Of a stretch of DNA of 64,000 bases, positions 9,455-18,334 are shown piece by piece. Source of the stretch: Candidatus Latescibacterota bacterium. GTDB lineage: Bacteria; Latescibacterota; UBA2968; UBA8231. Made by a program: the position numbers and the translations under genes. The notes beneath the pieces are model-generated. The model ran no database searches, was not told where the DNA came from, and was given only the letters and a program-made list of their open reading frames with translations. Within the stretch, counting starts at the first letter, position 1, and each line of letters begins with the position of its first letter. Location of the stretch: assembly GCA_965221775.1 (NCBI GenBank), contig CBDCSU010000005.1:640001-704000 (forward strand), written 5' to 3'.

Positions 9455-11335
9455 ATGATCTCTCCCGCCCTGGCGCCCGATCCACCCCGGCTCCGACGGA
9501 TTCGCCTCTCCCTGTGCGTTCTCGCCGCCGCCGGGATCCTCGCGGCTCTTCCGGCCGGCGCGGAAACCCTGCACGAGGGCCTGCCCGAGGGGCCGGGTCT
9601 CCTGCTCGAGGACCGCGGCGGCCGTATCTACGCCGCTGTCCCCGGCCCGGCGGGCGTGGTCGCCCGGGGCGGCGACGACGGCGGCTGGGAGACCTTCGCC
9701 GAGGGCCGCCTGGGCGGCCTGCAGATCACCCCGGACGGCGACCTGTGGATCGCCCTCGGGGACGAGGTCCTGCGCTACCCGCGGGCCGGGGGCTCCCCGG
9801 TCTCCCGCACCCCGTCCTTCCGTCCGGAGGGGCCGCCTGGACCGCTGCTGGCCACCCGCTGGGGAGATGTCTGGTGTGTCGGGTGCGCCGACGTCCGCCG
9901 GGGCGACGCCATGTTCCAGGCCGCCCCCCTGGCCCCGCCGGGGTGGGAGATCACGCCGGTCTGCGACGATCCCTTCGGCAACGTCTGGGCCGTGGCCGCC
10001 GACGGCGAGCGGCTGGACCTGGCCGTGCTCACCGACCGGGGTCCCCATGCCTGGCAGCGCCTCGACCTGCCGGCGGACCTGCTCACCGGCCCCTGGAGCG
10101 GCGCGGCCGACGACGACGCCGGCTTCGTCTGGGCGGCGGCGGGGAACACCCTCGTGCGCGCCGACGCGCGCACCGCCGGCCACCGCTCCTTTGCCAGCCC
10201 CGTGGACGCCCCCATCACCGCCGTCGCCCGCGGCGGCGGCCAGCTGCTGGTGGGCTTCGGCGACGGCAGCCTGCGCGAGCTGCTGGTCAACGCCGACGAC
10301 CCGCCCGACTGGCGCGACGTCCTGCCGCCGGGCGAGGGCCCGGTGCGGGCCATCCTGCACGCCGGCTCCGGCGGTCTCTGGGTGCTGCGGGCAGGACAGG
10401 TACAGCGCTTCGCCGACCTCCAGCAGCCCTGGCACTCCCACTGGGAGGAGCTGCCCCTCATGCCGGCGGGCAACCACGACAACATCTTCGCCCGCATCGG
10501 CGACCGCCTCTACACCGCCGGCGGCAAGACCTTCTTCGGATGGCCCGCCGACGAGTGGGTCAACCTCGACCACGTCTGGTCCTACCACGTCCCCACCGGC
10601 ACCTGGCGCGTGGAGGCGCCCATGCTGGAGCCCGGCAAGGCCTACTCCGGCATCGCCGTCCTCGAGGACGAGCTGTGGCTGTTGGGGGGCCTCTTCCGCC
10701 ACGGCGAGGGCGACGCCACGAGGCCCACGGCGACGGTGGAGATCTTCGATCCGGCGACGCAGCGCTACCGCCTCGGCCCGCCCCTGCCGCAGAAAGCCGG
10801 ACAAGTGGTGGCTCTCAGCGCCGCGGGGCGGCTCTACGGCGTCGGCGGCGCCGCCGAGGAAGAGCACCTGGCGCAGCTCCTCAGCATCGGCCCCGGCGAA
10901 ACCGACTGGCGCGTCGACACCCCGCCCCCGGGTACCGTGTACCAGGCCAGCGGCTGCGTCCTCGACGACCGCCTCTACATCGCCGCGGGACCCAAGAGCC
11001 AGTGCCCGGGCCTGTTCATCTACGACCCCGGCCGGGACCGCTGGAGCGAGGTGGACCACCCGGTCAAGGCGCCGAACGCCCCCCTGTGCACGGCCTTCGA
11101 GAATCGCGTCTGGGTGCTGGGCGGGCAGGCCGACGGCGGCCGTACCGAGAGCTACGCCTACGACCCGGCCAGCGGCGACTGGACCCGCGGACCCGACCTG
11201 CCCCTGAGGCTGAGCTGGGCGGCGGCGGCCGACGCCGACGGCCGGCTGCTGGTGGCGGGCGGGGCGTTCTGGGACGACCGCGTCAACGACGTGCTCAACA
11301 CGGACCGGGTGTTCCTGATGCGGTCGGTCCCTTAG
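9455..11335 (+). CDS. Secreted double beta-propeller protein with C-terminal Kelch repeats
   Basis: Signal peptide (LCVLAAAGILAALPAGA); D.FGNVW-type blades, then Kelch blades RLYTAGG, LWLLGG, LYGVGG, VWVLGG, LLVAGG. Confidence 0.85.
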   Translation: MISPALAPDPPRLRRIRLSLCVLAAAGILAALPAGAETLHEGLPEGPGLLLEDRGGRIYAAVPGPAGVVARGGDDGGWETFAEGRLGGLQITPDGDLWIALGDEVLRYPRAGGSPVSRTPSFRPEGPPGPLLATRWGDVWCVGCADVRRGDAMFQAAPLAPPGWEITPVCDDPFGNVWAVAADGERLDLAVLTDRGPHAWQRLDLPADLLTGPWSGAADDDAGFVWAAAGNTLVRADARTAGHRSFASPVDAPITAVARGGGQLLVGFGDGSLRELLVNADDPPDWRDVLPPGEGPVRAILHAGSGGLWVLRAGQVQRFADLQQPWHSHWEELPLMPAGNHDNIFARIGDRLYTAGGKTFFGWPADEWVNLDHVWSYHVPTGTWRVEAPMLEPGKAYSGIAVLEDELWLLGGLFRHGEGDATRPTATVEIFDPATQRYRLGPPLPQKAGQVVALSAAGRLYGVGGAAEEEHLAQLLSIGPGETDWRVDTPPPGTVYQASGCVLDDRLYIAAGPKSQCPGLFIYDPGRDRWSEVDHPVKAPNAPLCTAFENRVWVLGGQADGGRTESYAYDPASGDWTRGPDLPLRLSWAAAADADGRLLVAGGAFWDDRVNDVLNTDRVFLMRSVP

Positions 11336-11342
11336 TCAGCCG

Positions 11343-12605
11343 TTACTCCCACAGGCGGGCCATCGGAACGGCGTACAGGCCATCTCCGAAGGGGACCGTG
11401 GTTTCTCCGTCGTACAGCACGACACCCTGGCGGAAACGGTCGCCCGCGGCGCCCCGCAGTTTCCGAAGCCCCTGGAAATCGCCGCGCCTGACGGTCGCCG
11501 ATGCCTTGACCTCGACGCCGGCGACGGCGTGCGAGCCCTGCTCCATCACGATGTCCACCTCCACTCCATCTCTGTCGCGGAAGTGGGAGAATTCGACGGG
11601 CACCTCCTGCCAGCTGGCCTGTCTCCGCAGTTCCTGGAAGACGAAGGTCTCGAGGAGTTGCCCCAGCAGGGAACGATCCGCCGCCAACTGCGCGGGACCG
11701 AGGTTGAGAAGCGCGGCGGAGAGACCCGTGTCTCCGAGGTGGAGCTTGGGGGTCTTGACCAGACGGCTCAGACGATTGCTGTGCCAGGGCGGGAGTCTCT
11801 CGAGAAGGAACAGGCTTTCGAGAAGCGTGACGTACTCCCCGATCGTAGGACGGCTGAGTTGGAACGGCGCGGCCAGGTCGGCGAGGTTGAAGAGCCGGGC
11901 CGTCTGCGAGGCGGCGGCGCGCAGGAGTGGCGGAAGGGTCTCGAGCGATCGGATGCGGGCCAGGTCGCGCACGTCGCGTTGAACCAGTGTCTCGACGTAG
12001 TCACGATACCAGTTGGCCTGTCGCCGAGGGGTGGGTCGCGCCAGCGCCGGCGGGAATCCGCCAGCGACGATGTGCTCTGCCAGTCGTGAACCGAGCCTCG
12101 GGACCTGAACGATCTTGAACCCTCCCTCGAACAGGTCGGATACGAACCCCCTGCTCGGATTCGATGCGGCCACGGAAGACCGCGACGCCAGTTCGTACCG
12201 TGACAGCGGATGGAGCCGGACGATCTGCAGCCGTCCGGCAAGGGACTCGGAGAGGGCCGGCAGGAGCAGAACGTTGGTGGAGCCGGCAAGGATGAATCGG
12301 CCGGGTACCCGGTTCCGGTCGACTTCGAGCTTCAGGGCCGGGAAGAGCTCCGGGACGAGCTGGATCTCGTCCAGGATGACGCGTGCCGGGAGATCGGCAA
12401 CGAACCCGGCGGGGTCCGCTCGGGCGCCGTCCCTCACGATGGCATCGTCGAAGCTGATGTATCCGTACTTCGGTGCATAGGCGTACTGGGCGAGTGTCGT
12501 CTTGCCGCACTGGCGCGGGCCGTGGATGAGTACGACCGGCGAGTCCTCCAGGGCCTCGGCGAGCCGGGGCTCGATGAGTCGCGGATAGAAGGTCTGTTCG
12601 GGCAT
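11343..12605 (-). CDS. AAA_14 ATPase + DUF4143 (C-terminal PD-(D/E)XK-like) protein
   Basis: GPRQCGKTT Walker A, ILDEIQ Walker B, GGFP, KTPKLHLGDTG, EVDIV...GVEVK. Confidence 0.9.
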   Translation of the reverse strand: MPEQTFYPRLIEPRLAEALEDSPVVLIHGPRQCGKTTLAQYAYAPKYGYISFDDAIVRDGARADPAGFVADLPARVILDEIQLVPELFPALKLEVDRNRVPGRFILAGSTNVLLLPALSESLAGRLQIVRLHPLSRYELASRSSVAASNPSRGFVSDLFEGGFKIVQVPRLGSRLAEHIVAGGFPPALARPTPRRQANWYRDYVETLVQRDVRDLARIRSLETLPPLLRAAASQTARLFNLADLAAPFQLSRPTIGEYVTLLESLFLLERLPPWHSNRLSRLVKTPKLHLGDTGLSAALLNLGPAQLAADRSLLGQLLETFVFQELRRQASWQEVPVEFSHFRDRDGVEVDIVMEQGSHAVAGVEVKASATVRRGDFQGLRKLRGAAGDRFRQGVVLYDGETTVPFGDGLYAVPMARLWE

Positions 12606-12630
12606 CGAGCGGATTCCGGGTGCGCGACTT

Positions 12631-12722
12631 CGGCTGATTGCAAGGTTTGGGGCCGGCCAATTGTAAGGTTAGATAGCGGCTAATTGCAAGTTTCCGTGTC
12701 GGCTGATCGAAAGGCAACAGCC
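12631..12722. promoter_or_regulatory. Four direct repeats with 23 bp period (consensus CGGCTRATTGCAAGGTT) upstream of the AAA_14/DUF4143 gene; probable operator/promoter
   Basis: Units start at 12631, 12654, 12677 and 12700. The minus strand reads TTGCAA-N18-TACAAT across adjacent units. Confidence 0.65.
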
Positions 12723-12770
12723 TTGCGGACGGCTTGGATCGGCTAGGCGTGACATGCGAGAGGGGGCCTG

Positions 12771-13028
12771 TCGGCGACTGCCTCTACATGGCCGGCGGCA
12801 AGGCCCTTTCGCGTCTGGGTCCTGGGTGGACGCGCCGACGGTGGCGAGGGCTACGCCTACAACCCGGCCAGCGCCGAGACCCGGGGCCCGGACACGCCCC
12901 TGGAGCTGAGCTGGGCGGCGACGGCCGACGCCGACGACTGGCTGCTGGTGGCCGGCGGGGCGTTCTGGGACGACCGCGTCAACGACGTGCTCAACACGGA
13001 CCGGGTGTTTCTGATGAGGTCCCCGTAG
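12771..13028 (+). pseudogene. Decayed duplicate of the 3' part of the Kelch gene
   Basis: 12954-13009 is identical (56 nt) to 11258-11313; 12809-13028 aligns to 11104-11335; 12771-12808 resembles the blade at about 10497-10540. Confidence 0.88.
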
Positions 13029-13392
13029 TGAGCCCCGCCAGCAGCATCGGCGACGGGCGCAGTTCCCGCTTCAGGGGATCCAGCACGTAGCCCAGGGCCT
13101 CGAGGGTGACCACACCCAGAAGATTGCTGTCGCCGGCCTCGCCGAAGATGACCGGCGCGGCCCCCCGGTGCTCGTTGTATCGGAAGAGGGCATCCCCCAG
13201 GGCGCGTTCGATCTGATCGCCATTGGCCAAGGTGAAGGTCCGGTGTGAGTGCGGCTCGATGCCCAGGTCCTCCAAGACCGGACCCTGGACTACCGAATAG
13301 ACGGCCCCCGAGTCGATCAGGAACTGCTCGGTGCGGAACTCCTCCGGCCGGGCGGGACTGGCGATGTCGATGTCGAGGCAGGCAGGTCCCAT
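12991..13392 (-). CDS. Clan AA (retropepsin-like) aspartic protease
   Basis: FLIDSGA catalytic motif, LANG flap, NLLGVVTLEALG...DP. The C-terminal tail runs into the Kelch duplicate. Confidence 0.82.
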   Translation of the reverse strand: MGPACLDIDIASPARPEEFRTEQFLIDSGAVYSVVQGPVLEDLGIEPHSHRTFTLANGDQIERALGDALFRYNEHRGAAPVIFGEAGDSNLLGVVTLEALGYVLDPLKRELRPSPMLLAGLTTGTSSETPGPC

Positions 13393-13400
13393 GCGCCGAG

Positions 13401-14537
13401 TCAAGGCCCCGCGACGGTCGCCTCCATCACCACATCCACCACCGCCCGCAGCGCCTCCTCGTGCGAGGCCCCCGCCTCCATCGCCTCCCTGTACGCCCGC
13501 GCCTGCATGTGGGAGCTGGTCCCCCGCTCGACGATGGTGCGGGCGTGTTCCACCTCCTCGACGCAGCCGAAGTGCTCGGCGTCCTCCCGGACCAGCTCCA
13601 GCAGCTCGTCCATCAGTTGCGGGAAGGGCACGATCTCGCCGCGGCCGAAGTCGACCATGCCCTCGTCGATGCCGTAGCGCTGGGCGCGCCAGCGGTTCTC
13701 GTCCACCAGGGTGCGGGTGTAGATCCGCCAGCGCTGGTTGTCGCGCCGCAGCCGGTAGAGCATGCGGCAGATGCAGCGGAAGAGGGCGGTGCAGCAGAGG
13801 GCGTCCTCCAGGCGGGTGCAGACGTCGGTGACGCGCATCTCCAGGGTCGGGAAGCGGGCGCTCGGGCGCACGTCCCACCACAGCTTGGTGGCGTCCTCGA
13901 TCAGGCCCGCCGCGGTCATCAGCTCCACCGTGCGGCGGTACTCGTCGTGGCTCTCGAAGCGCTCGGGCAGGCCCGTGCGGGGCAGCTCGTCGAAGACGCA
14001 CAGGCGGTAGGACTGCAGGCCGGTATCCGTGCCCTCCCAAAACGGCGAGGAAGTGCTCAGGGCCAGCAGGTGGGGCAGGAAGTAGGAGACCTGGTTGAGG
14101 ATGTCGACGCGCAGCTCGTCGTCCTCGATGCCCACGTGGACGTGCATGCCGCAGATGAGCAGGCGCTGGGCCACGACCTGCATGTCCTGGTGGAGGATGT
14201 TGTAGCGCGGCTTGTCGGTGTGCTTCTGGTCCCGCCAGCGGGCGAAGGGATGGGTGGAGGCGGCGATGAGGCCGAGGCCGTGGCCGCCGGCGATTCCGGC
14301 CACGGTGCGCCGCAGGTGCTCCAGGTCGGCGCGGACCTCGGCGGTGGAGTCGCGCACGGGGGTGCCGACCTCGACCTGGGGCCGCAGGAACTCGGGGCTG
14401 AAGTGACCCCCCAGCTCCCGCTCGAGGTGGTCGATCAGCTCGGGCGGAGGCTCGCTCACGAGGTCCCGGGAGTCCCGGTCGACCAGCAGGTACTCCTCCT
14501 CGACGCCGAGGCTGAAGCTGGGCTCGTGCAGGGCCAT
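13401..14537 (-). CDS. ybdK: Carboxylate-amine ligase (YbdK / GCS2 glutamate-cysteine ligase family)
   Basis: SLGVEEEYLLVD, GMHVHVG, SSPFWEG, LWWDVRP, TLEMRVTD, ENRWRAQRYG. Confidence 0.88.
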   Translation of the reverse strand: MALHEPSFSLGVEEEYLLVDRDSRDLVSEPPPELIDHLERELGGHFSPEFLRPQVEVGTPVRDSTAEVRADLEHLRRTVAGIAGGHGLGLIAASTHPFARWRDQKHTDKPRYNILHQDMQVVAQRLLICGMHVHVGIEDDELRVDILNQVSYFLPHLLALSTSSPFWEGTDTGLQSYRLCVFDELPRTGLPERFESHDEYRRTVELMTAAGLIEDATKLWWDVRPSARFPTLEMRVTDVCTRLEDALCCTALFRCICRMLYRLRRDNQRWRIYTRTLVDENRWRAQRYGIDEGMVDFGRGEIVPFPQLMDELLELVREDAEHFGCVEEVEHARTIVERGTSSHMQARAYREAMEAGASHEEALRAVVDVVMEATVAGP

Positions 14538-15346
14538 CAGGGAAGAACCTCCTCCAGCACCTCGGCCAGGATGCGCTCGCAGCGGGCGATGCCGGCCTCG
14601 TCGGCGAGCAGGTCCTCGCGGATCTCGATCATGGCGTTCGGGAGCCCGGCCGGCGCGGCGTGGTGGCCGTTGGAGAACGCGCCGTGGTCGCGCCCCGAGT
14701 AGGGCTCGTTGTCGCCGATCTCGCGTCCCGTGCGCCGGCCCAGGGCCTCGATCAGGGGCCGGGCGATGCGATCGTCGCGGTCCCAGAGCACGCCGAAGTG
14801 CCAGGGGCGCGCCATGCCGTTCATGCTGGGTGTGAAAGTGTGGAGGGCGACGTAGGCGGGGGTCTCTCCGCGCGAGCGGATGCTCTCCAGGACCCCTGCG
14901 ATCGCCTCGTGGTACGGATGAAAGAGGGTCCGCGCCCGCCGCTCGGCGTCCTCCGGCGTGAGACCGCGGTTCCCGGGGACCGGGGTGCCGTCGCTCTCTG
15001 ACAGGATCGACTCCGGATGGCCGGGCTCGCGGTTGCAGTCGATCACCAGGCGCGAGTACCCGGAGAGAACGGCGGGGACGTCGAACCGCCGCGAGAGCCG
15101 CCGGGCCAGCTCGGCGGCGCCCGCGTCCCAGCCGATGTGGCGGCGCAGGTCGGCCGGGTCGAGGCCCAGGCCGTCGAGAGCCGCGGGCACGGCGTGGGAG
15201 GCGTGGTCGCAGGTGAGGACCATCATCCCCCGGCCCGAGGGGTTGACGACCTCGAAGGGGGGCGGATCGCCTGCGGCCAGCAGCCCGGGGCGGCGCGGCG
15301 CCGACCTGCCGGCCGGGTACTCTTGCGGTTTCAGCGACTCATCCAA
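14537..15346 (-). CDS. N-formylglutamate amidohydrolase family protein
   Basis: TCDHAS, HIGWDAGA, YSRLVIDCNR, LHTFTP, NEPYSG, MIEIREDL. Stop overlaps the ybdK start. TTG start chosen after GGAG, uncertain. Confidence 0.85.
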   Translation of the reverse strand: MDESLKPQEYPAGRSAPRRPGLLAAGDPPPFEVVNPSGRGMMVLTCDHASHAVPAALDGLGLDPADLRRHIGWDAGAAELARRLSRRFDVPAVLSGYSRLVIDCNREPGHPESILSESDGTPVPGNRGLTPEDAERRARTLFHPYHEAIAGVLESIRSRGETPAYVALHTFTPSMNGMARPWHFGVLWDRDDRIARPLIEALGRRTGREIGDNEPYSGRDHGAFSNGHHAAPAGLPNAMIEIREDLLADEAGIARCERILAEVLEEVLP

Positions 15347-15461
15347 GGCTTCAGCTCTCCAGCTGTCGGCAGCGGTCCCGAGGCTGCCTCCCCGGAAAGG
15401 GTACACGGAGCTTGGCCGGTAAGGAAGCGCGAAAACCCCCAACTCGGGGCTGCGCTTCTGG

Positions 15462-16643
15462 TCAGGGCGGCGGCGCCGGCGTCGACCCACGGCTCTCCCA
15501 CCAGCGCCTCCAGGCGGCGGCGTCGTTGCCCCATCTCTCCCCGGTCAGGGATCGCAGGGCGTTGGCCGCCTGCTGCCGAACGGTCGGGGCGTCGCGGCTC
15601 AGCGCCTCGATCAGCAGCGGCACCGCGGTCTCGCCGCCGATTCGGCCCAGGGCCTCGGCGGCGCTGGCGCGCAGCGCCGGATCGAAGGCCGAGCGCAGGA
15701 CCTCCAGCAGGTCCCCCGCGGCGCTCGCGTCGCCGATCCGGCCCAAGGCGGTCACGAGGGCCCCCTGGAGTCGGAAGTTGGCCGTCTCGCCCAGCATCGT
15801 CCGCAGCGGTTGCACCGATGTCGAGTCGCCCAGATCGCCCAAGGCCTCGATGGCCGCAACCCGCAGGGGCACCGCCCCTTCCATCGCGGTACCGACCAGG
15901 GGCCCGGGGCCGTACAGCCGTCCGATCATGGCCGCCAGCTCGGGCGCCACGATGGTGTGGAAGGCCGCTTCGAAAGGCGCGTCCTCGGGCCGCGGAAAGT
16001 CTTCCGAGTCGATGCGCTCCGGCGGGCTGTACATGCCATCGAAGGACTGGTCGTACAGCCTTTCCCCCGCCGTCGACAGCCAGACCGACCCGCGCAGGCC
16101 GGCGCCCGCGTACCGTCTCGTCACGGCGCCCAGGGGCAGGTTGCGCTCGTTCACCGGCGCGTAGGGCTGGCTCACGGCGCGTCCCTCGAGGCGCAGGCCC
16201 AGCACGCCATCGGCGGCCCCGCCCCCGTCCCGCGCGATCCTCAGCCCCGCCTGCCGCAGCAGCGCCGCCGCCGTCTGGGCGACAGGCAGCGCAAGGCCCT
16301 CGATCTCCCGGTCGGCGCGGCCGTGCACGTAGCTCTGGCGAATCTCGAGGTGGACGGACTCGACCCGCCGCAGGGCCTCGTAGAGCGCCTGCAGGCGCCC
16401 CCGGGCCGCCTCGGACCGGGGGCCGCCGGGGTAACGCTCGATGAACGCCCCGTAGGCCGGGATCGTGTCCGTCTTGAGGGTTGTCTTCCACAGCTGGCTC
16501 TCCAGCGACGGCGCGCAGGCGACGACGACGAGAGCCGGCAACGGCCAGAGATGTGAGATGGAAGAACGGATGGCTCGGCTCGCCGGTGGCAACCCGGGAC
16601 CGCTGGTTGCCGGACGGGGCGGGTACAACCTATTTCCGGGCAT
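15462..16643 (-). CDS. HEAT-repeat lipoprotein (start uncertain)
   Basis: Lipobox-like LVVVAC; C-terminal PBS-HEAT repeats (AAIEALGDLGD, ALGRIGD, AAEALGRIGG). Confidence 0.7.
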   Translation of the reverse strand: MPGNRLYPPRPATSGPGLPPASRAIRSSISHLWPLPALVVVACAPSLESQLWKTTLKTDTIPAYGAFIERYPGGPRSEAARGRLQALYEALRRVESVHLEIRQSYVHGRADREIEGLALPVAQTAAALLRQAGLRIARDGGGAADGVLGLRLEGRAVSQPYAPVNERNLPLGAVTRRYAGAGLRGSVWLSTAGERLYDQSFDGMYSPPERIDSEDFPRPEDAPFEAAFHTIVAPELAAMIGRLYGPGPLVGTAMEGAVPLRVAAIEALGDLGDSTSVQPLRTMLGETANFRLQGALVTALGRIGDASAAGDLLEVLRSAFDPALRASAAEALGRIGGETAVPLLIEALSRDAPTVRQQAANALRSLTGERWGNDAAAWRRWWESRGSTPAPPP

Positions 16644-16645
16644 CT

Positions 16646-16661
16646 CCAACGGAAAGGAGTC
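16646..16661 (+). repeat. 16 bp direct repeat containing the RBS (CCAACGGAAAGGAGTC), copy 1; copy 2 at 18311-18326
   Basis: Exact match upstream of two consecutive start codons. Confidence 0.8.
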
Positions 16662-16669
16662 CCTGGCCA

Positions 16670-18334
16670 ATGCACCCGACACCGCCGGGACCGAGACCCA
16701 TCAGACCCAGGGGCGACATCCGCCTGCTCTTCGCCGCCGACCTCTCGAGTCACGCGCGACCACCGTTCGTCGGCGATCCGGCCACTCCCGAGCAGATCCG
16801 CACGCTCGTCGACCACTTCGCTCTGAGTGGGGCGGACGCGCTCGGGCAGGAGGTCTTCGGACAGGGGTGGGTGCTGCACTTCCGCTCCGACACCTACGAG
16901 TACGATCAGCGGCCTCAGCATCGGCGCTGGATACCCATGCTGGATCGGGGCATCCATCCCATCGAGGTGTTCAGCGACCAGGCGCACCAGCGCGGGATGA
17001 AGTTCATCGCCGGGGCACGGTTCGGCGACGACCACGGCGCGCCCACACAGGGCGCCCGGTGGATATTCGATCACCCGGAGTTCATCCTGAGAGACCTGCC
17101 GCCGGGGCCTCTGAGCAAGCCGGGCAACACCCTCGATTTCTCGTTCCGCGAGGTGAGGGACTTCCATTTCGGGGCGATCGAGGAGATCGCGCGCCGTTTC
17201 GACGTGGACGGCATCGAGATCACCTTCCGCAGCGACAATCACTTCCCCTACCCCCGCTCGATCTCCCGGGAACGACAGCCCCTGATGACGGAACTGATGC
17301 AACGCATCCGCGACATGCTCGACGATGAGGCGCGCAACAAGGGCAGGGAGCTGCTTCTCGGCGTTCGTGTCCCGGAGACCGTCGACGAGTGCCGCGATTG
17401 CGGCCTCGATCTTCCCACGTGGATCACCACGGGTATTCTCGACTACGCGAGCCCGGGCAACTCCATGTACTCGAACCACAGTGCGCGATGGGAGGAGTTT
17501 TCGAGGCTGGCGGAAGGGACCGCCTGCCGCCTGCTTCCGGGAGTCATGCCGTTCTGCTCGGCAACCGACTCACGGAGCGACACCGTCCCCTGGGCGCTGC
17601 AGCCGGGTACCGGCGAGAGCGGCACGAGGGACCACATGGCGTTTCAGTCCCGGGTATACCTGCGTCCCATGACCTCGGACAACTACCGCGCACTCGCCAA
17701 CAACATGTACGGAGCCGGCGCCGACGGCGTTTCGAGCTTCAACTTCCACGAGCAGTACACGGGGAACCTCATCGGCGGGTTCCCCGGGGAACTGGCCCTG
17801 CTCAGGCAGCTCAAGGACCCCGAAGCGATCAAGGCACGCCACCGCACGTACCTGTTCCGGTCGATGCTCGGAGGGGTGGACTACCACGGCGCGCCGGGCA
17901 TGGCTTCCACCGGTGCCATCAAGGACGACAGGATCGACCTGAGCCGTGAGGCCCCCGGGGTCCGCAAGGAGTACCGGCTGCGTCTGTGCGAGCAGTGGGA
18001 CGAAGTCGGCCACGCCTGCATGGCGGTCCGTGCCCAGAACCTTCGCCCCGAAGAGCGTCTGGTCTTCGACGTGAACGGGGTGGCGACCCCCGACGAGAGC
18101 GTCCGTCGGATGTGGCACCCGGACGGCCGCTCCACCAACATCGGGCGTCCGCTCCCCGCCTACTCGACCCTCATGTTCGACCTCGGCACGGAGTACATGC
18201 TCGATGGGGACAACACACTCGGCGTGAGGCTGGCAGAGGTGGAAAACGGCTCCGATGGCGATATCGTCATCGACGAAATCGACGTCACCGTGATACCCTG
18301 CGGGCTTCAGCCAACGGAAAGGAGTCGCTCGTGA
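16670..18334 (+). CDS. Glycoside-hydrolase-like (GHL10/DUF187-like) TIM-barrel protein
   Basis: DQAHQRGMKFIAG, WIFDHPEF, LDFSFREVRD, RFDVDGIEI, GADGVSSFNF; ATG after GAAAGGAG. Confidence 0.65.
   Translation: MHPTPPGPRPIRPRGDIRLLFAADLSSHARPPFVGDPATPEQIRTLVDHFALSGADALGQEVFGQGWVLHFRSDTYEYDQRPQHRRWIPMLDRGIHPIEVFSDQAHQRGMKFIAGARFGDDHGAPTQGARWIFDHPEFILRDLPPGPLSKPGNTLDFSFREVRDFHFGAIEEIARRFDVDGIEITFRSDNHFPYPRSISRERQPLMTELMQRIRDMLDDEARNKGRELLLGVRVPETVDECRDCGLDLPTWITTGILDYASPGNSMYSNHSARWEEFSRLAEGTACRLLPGVMPFCSATDSRSDTVPWALQPGTGESGTRDHMAFQSRVYLRPMTSDNYRALANNMYGAGADGVSSFNFHEQYTGNLIGGFPGELALLRQLKDPEAIKARHRTYLFRSMLGGVDYHGAPGMASTGAIKDDRIDLSREAPGVRKEYRLRLCEQWDEVGHACMAVRAQNLRPEERLVFDVNGVATPDESVRRMWHPDGRSTNIGRPLPAYSTLMFDLGTEYMLDGDNTLGVRLAEVENGSDGDIVIDEIDVTVIPCGLQPTERSRS

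Noticed and set aside
11104-13028. Diversity-generating retroelement template/variable repeat pair
   Set aside because: Differences are not confined to adenines and there is no reverse transcriptase in the window.
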